From the IMG/VR virus record IMGVR_UViG_3300028577_000011: a stretch of 64,000 nt of DNA. The stretch is one strand, 5' to 3'. Shown in pieces: positions 9,247 to 17,691 of this stretch (within the stretch, counting starts at the first letter, position 1; the number at the start of each line of letters is the position of its first letter). Source of the stretch: an uncultured virus (IMG/VR IMGVR_UViG_3300028577_000011). Taxonomy: Duplodnaviria; Heunggongvirae; Uroviricota; Caudoviricetes. Both the position numbers and the translations under genes were made by a program. The notes below the pieces were generated by a model. It made no database searches, was not told the origin of the DNA, and worked only from the letters and a program-made list of their open reading frames with translations.

Positions 9247-10902
9247 ATGGCCTACGATCGTTTAAAGTGTCAGCTGTGTGCCAAGGACTTCGGCCAAGAG
9301 GTTGGCTTCCTGCGCCATGTCGCCGACGTTCATGGACTACAACCCGACGAAGAACTTTACGTCACGTGGACACTCGTACCTGCAGTCAAGCCCACCTGTG
9401 CCTGTGGTTGTGGCCAAGTCGTCAAGTGGAATGGGTGGAAAAAGGGGTACACGTCGAAGTACCTGCGGGGTCACAACGCTGCATCCGACACCGTCTTTGC
9501 CGATCCCGTTCGCGCAAAGGAGTTCGCAGAGAAACGCGCGAAAGGCTACGCCGACGGCAAGTACTCGTCGTGGAACAAGGGCCTGACCAAGGAGAATGAT
9601 CCACGCATTCAGGTGATCGCTGACAAGATCTCCGCATCGCTGATCGAGGGCTACGCTTCAGGGTCGATCGTTGACTGGCACGCGCTCGATCCTGATAAGG
9701 CCCGTGCCGCGGTAGCAAAGCAGTCAGCGACGAAGGCAGCTCGGTTCGCGTCAGGTGAATTGGTGCCGTGGAACAAGGGTGAAACGAAAGAGACCAATCC
9801 GATCATTGCTGCCGCAGCGGTGAAGATTGCCGCGCAGTACACACGCCCCAATGCCGGCGCGCGCATCAAGCTCGACCAGGTGAAGGAGCGGATTGACGCA
9901 CACGCTGACAAGTTCACCGCCGTGTCTGACCTGAGCGAGTACACGACTCGTCGCGTTGCTCGGCTCAAATTTCGCTGCACTGTCTGCGGCACCGAACAGA
10001 GCAAGAGCCTCGCCATGCTCGAGGAGTGTCCCGTCTGCTTCACCTGTCACCCGAAGGAGTCGAAGGGTCAACTCGAGGTCTACGACTTCGTCAAGGCGCT
10101 GTCACCCGACGCTGTGCTGTCAGATCGCACCGTCATCGCTCCACTAGAGCTCGACGTCTTTGTCCCCTCGCACAAGTTGGGCATCGAGTACAACGGCCTT
10201 TACTTCCACAGTGCCGAGTGCCTCACTGACCCGAACTATCACCAGCGCAAGCTCGAGGCCTGTCTCACCGCCGGCATCAACCTGTTTTCCGTCTACGAGG
10301 ACGAGTGGCGTGATCGCCGGCCCATCATCGAGGCCATGATCCGTCACCGCCTGTTGTCACCCACCGTCACCTACCACGCTCGTAAGTTGTCGGTCGTCGA
10401 GCTACCAACCGCTCAGGCTCGTGCCTTCTTTGACGCCAACCACCTCGAGGGCTATGCACGGTCGTCGGTCACCCTCGGCCTCGTCGATACCAAAGATGGT
10501 GTGGTCGCCGCCATGGCACTGCGCAGGCCCTTTCACCGAGGCCATGCCTCATCATACGAGGTGTCGCGGTGCTGTGCCAAGTTGGGCACCTCTGTCCGCG
10601 GTTGGCTGGGCAAGTTGACGACGCGTGCCGCGGGGTGGGCCGCCGAACGGGGTTCGGTGCAGCTGATGACCTACGTCGATGCTCGTGTCGGCAGGGGCAC
10701 GGGCTATGAAGCGGCGGGTTGGCAGCTGGTCAAGGCATCGACGGGCATCCGCTTCTGGTGGACTGACTTCGATCACCGCTACAACCGCTTCAAGTTCAAG
10801 GCCGACAAGGCTCGAGGCATGACGCAGGCCCAAGTCGCTGATGAGGCAGGCGTCGTCCAGATCTTCGGCTGCACCAACTCATCATGGCGTTACGTGATCT
10901 GA
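9247..10902 (+). CDS. Hef-like / PD-(D/E)xK endonuclease, paralogue of 6922..8577
   Basis: Same architecture (CACGCG, WNKGLTKEND, IEYNGLYFHS, EDEWRD, RFWWTDF.HR.NRFK); 551 aa from ATG 9247. Confidence 0.75.
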   Translation: MAYDRLKCQLCAKDFGQEVGFLRHVADVHGLQPDEELYVTWTLVPAVKPTCACGCGQVVKWNGWKKGYTSKYLRGHNAASDTVFADPVRAKEFAEKRAKGYADGKYSSWNKGLTKENDPRIQVIADKISASLIEGYASGSIVDWHALDPDKARAAVAKQSATKAARFASGELVPWNKGETKETNPIIAAAAVKIAAQYTRPNAGARIKLDQVKERIDAHADKFTAVSDLSEYTTRRVARLKFRCTVCGTEQSKSLAMLEECPVCFTCHPKESKGQLEVYDFVKALSPDAVLSDRTVIAPLELDVFVPSHKLGIEYNGLYFHSAECLTDPNYHQRKLEACLTAGINLFSVYEDEWRDRRPIIEAMIRHRLLSPTVTYHARKLSVVELPTAQARAFFDANHLEGYARSSVTLGLVDTKDGVVAAMALRRPFHRGHASSYEVSRCCAKLGTSVRGWLGKLTTRAAGWAAERGSVQLMTYVDARVGRGTGYEAAGWQLVKASTGIRFWWTDFDHRYNRFKFKADKARGMTQAQVADEAGVVQIFGCTNSSWRYVI

Positions 10903-10938
10903 TCGTCAGTGTGCGGGTGACGAATACTTACTTTCATC

Positions 10939-11376
10939 ATGCAGCTCACCGAACGTCACCTCCGCGACCTCATCGGTCAGGTCATCACTGAAGCCAAGGG
11001 CAAGGATCGCGGCGCCGACGCTGCCAAGCAGGTGGCTGATGCTATCAAGGTGCTCATCACGGTGGGCCCCAAGGTCGAGAAGTACTTTGAGGAGAAGTTG
11101 TCTATGATGACGACGATCCCCGCTATGTTCTCTGACGAGCTCGAAGTAGAACATGTTGTCGACAAACTGCGTAATCTCATTGATAAGGCGGTGGAGCTCG
11201 ACGATGTCGTGGTGCCTGTATACAAGGCCGCCGCAAAGGCTGCGCCCAAGGCTCCCACCCGCGACCGCTCTCGCGGCCGCCTGGCCAACGCCAATCCTAC
11301 CGCCGACGAGCGTTCACTGGGACTAAACAAGCGTCGTGAAATTCGGCGTCAGGCACGTGAGCGTGGTCGGACCTAG
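10939..11376 (+). CDS. Hypothetical protein with shared N-terminal leader (MQLTERHLRDLIGQVITE)
   Basis: ATACTTA at 10924; leader motif. Confidence 0.65.
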   Translation: MQLTERHLRDLIGQVITEAKGKDRGADAAKQVADAIKVLITVGPKVEKYFEEKLSMMTTIPAMFSDELEVEHVVDKLRNLIDKAVELDDVVVPVYKAAAKAAPKAPTRDRSRGRLANANPTADERSLGLNKRREIRRQARERGRT

Positions 11377-11384
11377 GCCACCAC

Positions 11385-11645
11385 ATGTCCTCCTGGCTCC
11401 GCGACGGCACCGCACCCCCACCGAGGGCCCTCGAAATAATCATCGGCCACTTCGATAGGGTTGCCTGTCCCACATACCTCGGGGCCATCTCGCTTGAAGT
11501 GGGGTGGAGCCTGGCCCGGACGCAGGAGATGGTGACGGTGCTGGTGCATCAGGGCTTGGTGCGTGAGCTGTCGATCGATGAAAAGCGGGCAATGGGTGGT
11601 GACGCTGACCACACAATCTACGTGCGCGTGTCAAAAGCGGCCTGA
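11385..11645 (+). CDS. Small hypothetical protein, possibly winged-helix
   Basis: LGAISLEVGWSLARTQEMVTVLVHQGLV resembles an HTH-wing pattern. Confidence 0.4.
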   Translation: MSSWLRDGTAPPPRALEIIIGHFDRVACPTYLGAISLEVGWSLARTQEMVTVLVHQGLVRELSIDEKRAMGGDADHTIYVRVSKAA

Positions 11646-11711
11646 GATCACGCGGTAGCTGACACCTATCCTCGTCGGTGGTGTATGATGACCATTGAAC
11701 GAGGAATGCAC

Positions 11712-12581
11712 ATGTCAGACGAACGTGAACAGCGTAACCAGGTCTTTGCAGCGGCGCCCACCGCCGGCGTCGATGCGCGGATCCCGACTCAATCGGCCGT
11801 AGACAAGTTCAAGGCCGACTTCGGCATTGACATCCCGACGGAGACAGTGCCCCTGCCGTCGAATGGCAAGGTCTACCCGCCGGCGTCGCCGCTCCACAAT
11901 CAGGAGACGGTCGACATTCTACCCATGACGGCCCGCGAAGAGGACATCCTGACCAGCCGCGCCCTGATGAAGAAGGGCACCATCCTCAGTGAACTGATCA
12001 AGTCGTGCCTCGTCAACAAGGCCATCGACCCGCTCGACATGCTGATCGGTGATCGGACGGCAATCATGGTCGCCATCCGGATCACGGGCTACGGCGCCGA
12101 CTATGACACCGAAGTCGAGTGCAATGAGTGCCAGAACAAGTCGCCCAAGCCCTTTAACTTGGGTGAACTGCCCATCAGGCGCTTGGCACTGACACCTGTC
12201 GCCGACGGCCTCAACTTGTTTGAGTTCACGTTGCCGCTGACCAAGAAGGTGATCAGGTTCAAGTTCCTGACGGGCCGCGATGAGGAGCAGATCACGGCGA
12301 CGGCGGACAGGCAGAAGAAGCTAAACCTACAGTCCGACGCGACGGTGACGACCAACCTGTTGTACTGCATTCAGGCCATTGACGGCATCGAGGATCGGGC
12401 CAAGATCGCCTCCTTCGTCAGGATGATGCCCGCGCGGGACTCACTGGCGCTACGTAGCTATATCCGCGACAACGAACCCGGCATCATCATGCGGCAGGAG
12501 GTGACGTGCCCGTCCTGTGGATGTACGGAGGTGATCTCGATGCCAATTGGGATTACGTTCTTTTGGCCTGGCTCCAAGTGA
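11712..12581 (+). CDS. Tail assembly chaperone / baseplate hub assembly protein (T4 gp26-like)
   Basis: LPSNGKVYP, MTAREEDILT, GDRTAIMVAIRITGYG, two CxxC pairs, ends FFWP; lies upstream of the tape measure gene. Confidence 0.75.
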   Translation: MSDEREQRNQVFAAAPTAGVDARIPTQSAVDKFKADFGIDIPTETVPLPSNGKVYPPASPLHNQETVDILPMTAREEDILTSRALMKKGTILSELIKSCLVNKAIDPLDMLIGDRTAIMVAIRITGYGADYDTEVECNECQNKSPKPFNLGELPIRRLALTPVADGLNLFEFTLPLTKKVIRFKFLTGRDEEQITATADRQKKLNLQSDATVTTNLLYCIQAIDGIEDRAKIASFVRMMPARDSLALRSYIRDNEPGIIMRQEVTCPSCGCTEVISMPIGITFFWPGSK

Positions 12582-12837
12582 CAAAGAGCTGCTCATCTGG
12601 GAACCAGCGTTTCTCTGCGTCTATTATGGGGGCATGACTGCATCTGAGGCGTATAACCTTCCCGTTCCCGTCAAACGTTGGTGGGTGGATCGCATCGTGC
12701 GCGAGCTCAATAAGGACAAGAGCGTCGATGGCGATAGCTCTCCGAGCCGTGCTCTCCACACCAATTCTCCTGAAGTGAGGCAGATGCAGGGTAGAACAAG
12801 GCCGCAGTCACCTTCTCGTTTGAGGCGCTTCACTTGA
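12547..12837 (+). CDS. Probable frameshift extension of the tail assembly chaperone
   Basis: Overlaps the upstream ORF in the +1 frame across TTCTTTT, has no good start, and reads FGL...YYGGMTASEAYNLPVPVKRWW. Confidence 0.65.
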   Translation: MGLRSFGLAPSDKELLIWEPAFLCVYYGGMTASEAYNLPVPVKRWWVDRIVRELNKDKSVDGDSSPSRALHTNSPEVRQMQGRTRPQSPSRLRRFT

Positions 12838-12904
12838 TCTCCTTCTAGTGGATAGTTAGATCTGCAGCGAATTGTGGAGAACGCCGCGGCAGAAAGACAC
12901 TCTC

Positions 12905-13195
12905 ATGCAGATCGACTCAAACATTGTCACGGCGTTTTTTACCGCGGTGCCCGCCACGCTGTTGGCCTTGGGAACCTTAGTTACATCGCTCAAGAACGCG
13001 CGCAAGCTCGATGACGTTCACTTGACGCTCAACAGTAGGTTGACGGAACTGATCAAGACCACGCTCGCACAAGGTAGGCAGAATGAGCGCGATGATCAGC
13101 GCGACGGGTCAAGCACCGCACCCACGAAGTCACAACCTGCAGTCATTCCAATCGTCTTTGTGCCGACCGTCACCATCGACAAAGACGACAAGTAA
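12905..13195 (+). CDS. Small membrane protein (possibly holin-like)
   Basis: One N-terminal hydrophobic segment; ATAGTTA motif at 12852. Confidence 0.4.
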   Translation: MQIDSNIVTAFFTAVPATLLALGTLVTSLKNARKLDDVHLTLNSRLTELIKTTLAQGRQNERDDQRDGSSTAPTKSQPAVIPIVFVPTVTIDKDDK

Positions 13196-13204
13196 TTCCA
13201 CGCC

Positions 13205-13489
13205 CTAGAGCGGGAACTTGATACCGAGCACCCGCTCAAATTCCCGTGCCGACGCGTGCTTCAGGTTGAGCTTATTCATGACGCTGTCGACGGTCGCACC
13301 CGGCCGCTCGAGCTCTTCCTGAAAGCGCCGTGAGTCAATCATGGCTTGAGCCACAGCATTGACCTCTTCGGGAGTGCCCCTGATCTTGAGGTTGATGGCC
13401 TTGCCGACGAGCCACGCGGCCACCGATGTCAGAAAGATCTTGCCGAGGACGTTCATGCGAAGTTCGTTGAGGCGGTTAGCGTCGTTCAT
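13205..13489 (-). CDS. Hypothetical protein on the opposite strand within the tail module
   Basis: Fills the gap between genes and has its own ATACTTA on the minus strand at 13498-13504. Confidence 0.6.
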   Translation of the reverse strand: MNDANRLNELRMNVLGKIFLTSVAAWLVGKAINLKIRGTPEEVNAVAQAMIDSRRFQEELERPGATVDSVMNKLNLKHASAREFERVLGIKFPL

Positions 13490-13522
13490 GGCGACGATAA
13501 GTATGTCACAGGATGTTGACCT

Positions 13523-16500
13523 GTGCCGTCTAACGAAGATCTGTCTGACCAGCTCAGCCTGACGACAAAGCTCGCCTCAATGCTGGAGCGGATGGCCGCG
13601 GCGTCGGGTAAGATCGAGCAGTCGTACGCGTCACAGATCGACTCCGTCACGAAGTTGGCGGCCGCGATGGGCCAGATCAACACGCAGGGGGCCGTCGCCG
13701 GCATTGAAGTCCTCAACAAGTCCGTCAAGGACATGCAGGACAAGATGAAGCAGGCCGGCGGGGCCTCGGAGAGTGCCTTTCAAAAGCTGGGCAAGAAGGT
13801 CGAAGACACGGGCAAGACCTTCAAGGACAAGTTTCCCAAGTCGGTCGTCATTGCGACGGCGGCACTGTCGGGCTTTGCCCAGGGCGTTCGCAACATCATC
13901 GCCTTGGGTAAGGGCCTGACGGGTTTCGTCACGGGCTTTGTCGACGGCATCTTCAGCCTCGGCGCCGCCATCATTGCCATCCCATTCAAGATCTTCGAGG
14001 GCCTCGTCGACATGGCGGCCAAGTCGGCAGGTGGCAGCAACGAGCTGATGCAGGCGATCGAGGGGCTCCGCAAGGAATTTGGCTTCCTGTACGGCACCAC
14101 CAACAAGACAATCATAGACATGACCAAGTCGTTGCAGGGTTTCAGCGACACCGGGCTGTCGGCATGGCGCATCTTCGGCAACATGGCACAGCGCCTCGAG
14201 GCCTTTCAAAAGTTGGCGACGGAGATGGGAGCGACCTTCACCTCGCTGCGCAAGGAGTTTGAGGCCAATGGCGGCGCACTGCTAGCCTACCAGAAGGGCC
14301 TGGGCATCAGCGATGAGCTGATGAAGGGCGTCGCTTCCCGGGCCATCGCGATGGGCGATTCATTGGGTGACACCCTGAAGAGCGCGACCAAGTACTCGCT
14401 GGAGTTGGCCAAGGCCTTCGGCCTCGATGCCAAGGTACTGAGCCGCGACATGGCCAAGGCACTGACTGACGTCAAGCACTTTGCAGGGGCGACGATCAAG
14501 GAGATCGGCGAGGCGGCGACCTATGCCCGCAAGTTGGGCCTGGAGCTTGACAAGATCACGGGTACCCTCGACGCCTTTGAGACCTTCGACTCCGCCGCCG
14601 AGAACGTCGCCAAGCTGTCACAGGCCTTCGGGGTGCAGGCCGACGCCTTCGAGCTGATGTCAGCACAGAATCCTGCGGAACAGATCGACATTCTACGTAA
14701 GTCGTTCTCAAAGGCGGGCGTCGATGCCTCGACCTTCAACCGCCAGCAACTCAAGTTGTTGGCATCGACGACGGGCCTCGACGAGGCGACGGCGAAACAG
14801 GCCTTCTCGTTGAAGAACCAGGGCATTGGCCTCGATCAAGTCAAGAAGAAGGGTGGCGAGGCCGAGAAGAAGACGCTGACACAGGCTGAGGCAATGGGCA
14901 AATTGGCCGACGCCATCGAGCGTATGGTGCAGTCGGGTGGCGGCATGGAGGGTGGCTTCTGGGACCAGTTCGTCAAGGGCATCAAGAACGGCATCATGTC
15001 GTCGAAGGAGTTCTTTGGCCTGATGCGCAACATTCAGATCGCTCTGCGTGACGTCTACATGATTGGCGTCCAGTTGGGTCGCGTCCTGGTCAAGATCGTG
15101 CCGGGTTTCAAGGACATCTTGGGAGGCCTAAGTGACTTCTTCCAGCCCAAGTACTTCGACAAGCTGTTCAGGGGCATCAGCGACTCTGTCAAGCGTTTCT
15201 TCAGTCCTGACAGTCCTGACAAGAACTCGATTCCTAAACTGATCGAGGGCCTGCAGAAGTCCTTCACCGACATGTTCACCGCCGAAGGCCCACACGGCAA
15301 GCGAATCCTCGAGGGCTTCAAGACCTTCTTCAAGGCGTTCTCCGGCATCGCGGCGTCGGCCATCACTTGGTTGGCAGATCAGATCCGCGATGGCATCAAG
15401 GTCGTCATTGACCTACTGACAGGTCGCACGAAGTTGGGTACTGCGGGAGCCAAGGGCGCCGCCGCTGGTGGATTGGGCTTCTTGGCCGATGTGTTGGGCC
15501 CTGTCGTCGAGTCGTTGAAGGGCGCGTGGCAAAAGCTGAAGGATCCCCTCCACGACCTGGTGATGCAGCTGGGCAAGATGTTGAAGACGTTCCTGACATC
15601 TGACGAGTTCATCGGCTTCATCAAGCCTGCGCTGCCCTACCTCGCCACAGCGTTGTTCGGGCCCGTCTTCACTCGTGCCATCCTCGGCGCAGTGACTGCT
15701 AGCCTGGCCAAGGGTGCCATCGGCATGCTGACCGGGGGCGGAGGACAGGCCGTCATCAAGCAAGTGGCCGCGAAGGCTGCGGCGAGCCTATCGGGTAAAG
15801 TGGAGGGCGGTCTATTGGGCAAAGCGGGCGGTCTGGCAGGTCGCGTCGCTGGGCCTGCTGCGCTGGTGGTGGCAGCGCTGGCCATTGGCAAGGGCGTCGA
15901 TGAGTACACTGACCAAATCACCAGCACCCTCGATCGGTCGTCGAAAGTCATCGGTGCGGGTGCCACAGGCGTCGTCGACGCCCTGACGTTGGGCCTATTG
16001 CCCGATGACCTGAAGTTGAAGCTGGCCAACACCATGGCGTCGGTGACCGACTCGGTCTTTGGTGCCATCAAGTCGGCCTTCGGCGAGGGCTTTGGTAACA
16101 GCCTCAAGCAGACGCTGGCGTCGGCCTTCGAGGTCTTCGGCAACATCTGGTCGGTGTTGAGCAACCTATTCACCGGCGACCAAGCGTCGTTCAACCAGTC
16201 GGTCCTCGAGTTGGGAGCGTCACTGCTGCGGTTCGTCATCAATGCCGTTGAGTACACCCTCAACCAAGCACCATTGTTGCTGGTGAAACTGGGGACGAAG
16301 GTGATTGACGGCCTGGGCGGCATCATCATCAAGATGGTGACGGGCTTTGGCTCCCTGTTGGCATCGGGTGTCGATGAGGTCTTTGGCACCCACTTGGCCG
16401 ACAAGATGAAGCAATGGGGTGAGACCGTCAACAAGGGAATGGATGCTGCTGCCGCGGCCATCGTCAAGACGACTGATCAGAACTCCAAGCAGATCGCTGA

Positions 16501-17404
16501 CGCCACGCAGAACTTCAATGACACCTATCTCCGGACGTCGGCCGATAAGGCTAAGATTGCCGCATCGGCTGCACTGTCGGCGACACAGGCCACCAATGAT
16601 GCTGTCAAGCAAGCCGCTGATGCGGCGGGTGGCGGCTTGTCAAAGGTAGCTGAGAACCTGCAGGCCGTCAAGGACGCCAAGAAGCAGCTCGATGACAAGG
16701 ACTTTGATGTCGCTGGGGCGCTCAAGTCGATCGGCGACAAGCTCCGAGGTGTGTCGTTCAACCTCATCAGCGACGATCAATTGGCTGACATCGACAAGTC
16801 GAACACCGGACTTCAGTCACTGCACGACCTCGTCGGTACCATTCCCACCACGTTGGGCGACATCTCGAGCGGGTTGAAGGCCACGTCGTTCAACTTCATC
16901 AGTGATGATCAGTTGACGGACATGAGCAAGTCGTTGAAGGGCTTCAAGGCGCTCGACAAGTTCTCGACCGACGTTGCGGGTTCGTTCTCCAACTTTACCG
17001 ATCTATCGAAGGCCGCGGCGACGATCAAGAAGGGTGCCATCGCCGAGGCTGCCATGGCAATCTCTGACATGGTCGCCGCCGCCAATGAGCTCGATTCTGC
17101 GTTGGCCGACGGCAACATCAATAAGATTGACGTCAAGGCCAAGCTCGATCGAGTCGCCAAGGCGGTGGGTCTAGGAGGCAAGGCCACGTACACTGTCAAT
17201 CCAAGCAAGCAGGTGCAGATCGTCGTCAATCTCGAGGTGACAATGGACGTCGACAAGGTCGAAAAGGTGATGATCATGCGCCAGCAATCGATCATCCGCG
17301 ACCGCCTCAATTTTGCGACTGACAATCCGGCCGCCAAGGGCGTCACGACAGTGCCCTCGACGTACCAAGCAACGCTGCCCAACGTGCAAGGCGGGTCACA
17401 GTGA
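13523..17404 (+). CDS. Tape measure protein
   Basis: 1293 aa, Ala/Gly/Lys-rich and helical with hydrophobic segments; follows the chaperone; internal duplication SFNLISDDQL / SFNFISDDQL. Confidence 0.8.
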   Translation: MPSNEDLSDQLSLTTKLASMLERMAAASGKIEQSYASQIDSVTKLAAAMGQINTQGAVAGIEVLNKSVKDMQDKMKQAGGASESAFQKLGKKVEDTGKTFKDKFPKSVVIATAALSGFAQGVRNIIALGKGLTGFVTGFVDGIFSLGAAIIAIPFKIFEGLVDMAAKSAGGSNELMQAIEGLRKEFGFLYGTTNKTIIDMTKSLQGFSDTGLSAWRIFGNMAQRLEAFQKLATEMGATFTSLRKEFEANGGALLAYQKGLGISDELMKGVASRAIAMGDSLGDTLKSATKYSLELAKAFGLDAKVLSRDMAKALTDVKHFAGATIKEIGEAATYARKLGLELDKITGTLDAFETFDSAAENVAKLSQAFGVQADAFELMSAQNPAEQIDILRKSFSKAGVDASTFNRQQLKLLASTTGLDEATAKQAFSLKNQGIGLDQVKKKGGEAEKKTLTQAEAMGKLADAIERMVQSGGGMEGGFWDQFVKGIKNGIMSSKEFFGLMRNIQIALRDVYMIGVQLGRVLVKIVPGFKDILGGLSDFFQPKYFDKLFRGISDSVKRFFSPDSPDKNSIPKLIEGLQKSFTDMFTAEGPHGKRILEGFKTFFKAFSGIAASAITWLADQIRDGIKVVIDLLTGRTKLGTAGAKGAAAGGLGFLADVLGPVVESLKGAWQKLKDPLHDLVMQLGKMLKTFLTSDEFIGFIKPALPYLATALFGPVFTRAILGAVTASLAKGAIGMLTGGGGQAVIKQVAAKAAASLSGKVEGGLLGKAGGLAGRVAGPAALVVAALAIGKGVDEYTDQITSTLDRSSKVIGAGATGVVDALTLGLLPDDLKLKLANTMASVTDSVFGAIKSAFGEGFGNSLKQTLASAFEVFGNIWSVLSNLFTGDQASFNQSVLELGASLLRFVINAVEYTLNQAPLLLVKLGTKVIDGLGGIIIKMVTGFGSLLASGVDEVFGTHLADKMKQWGETVNKGMDAAAAAIVKTTDQNSKQIADATQNFNDTYLRTSADKAKIAASAALSATQATNDAVKQAADAAGGGLSKVAENLQAVKDAKKQLDDKDFDVAGALKSIGDKLRGVSFNLISDDQLADIDKSNTGLQSLHDLVGTIPTTLGDISSGLKATSFNFISDDQLTDMSKSLKGFKALDKFSTDVAGSFSNFTDLSKAAATIKKGAIAEAAMAISDMVAAANELDSALADGNINKIDVKAKLDRVAKAVGLGGKATYTVNPSKQVQIVVNLEVTMDVDKVEKVMIMRQQSIIRDRLNFATDNPAAKGVTTVPSTYQATLPNVQGGSQ

Positions 17405-17419
17405 GTATAGGATCTGCAC

Positions 17420-17686
17420 ATGGCTGACAATAATGACTTCATCGACCGCCTGCGCGAAGATCCGATGTATCAGGCCGCGCTGGCCAAGGCGCGGACGCCC
17501 GCGGAACGCCAATTGATCACCACGTTGGTCGAGAACCTGGTCGGTGGCATCGGCGGAGTGCTGGGCCCGGTCATCGAACGCGCCAAACGTGACCCCGAGT
17601 TTGCGCGACAATTGAACAAGGCAATCAGTGAAGACAAGGACGTACTTACCGCTAGCACCGCCGCGTTGTCGGGCTCGACTTCCTGA
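17420..17686 (+). CDS. Hypothetical protein
   Basis: Co-oriented ORF filling the gap after the tape measure gene. Confidence 0.55.
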   Translation: MADNNDFIDRLREDPMYQAALAKARTPAERQLITTLVENLVGGIGGVLGPVIERAKRDPEFARQLNKAISEDKDVLTASTAALSGSTS

Positions 17687-17691
17687 ACTGC

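Noticed and set aside
16750..16930. Short duplication in the tape measure gene as a mobile or regulatory repeat
   Set aside because: It is an in-frame protein repeat (SFN.ISDDQL.D..KS), which is ordinary for tape measure proteins.
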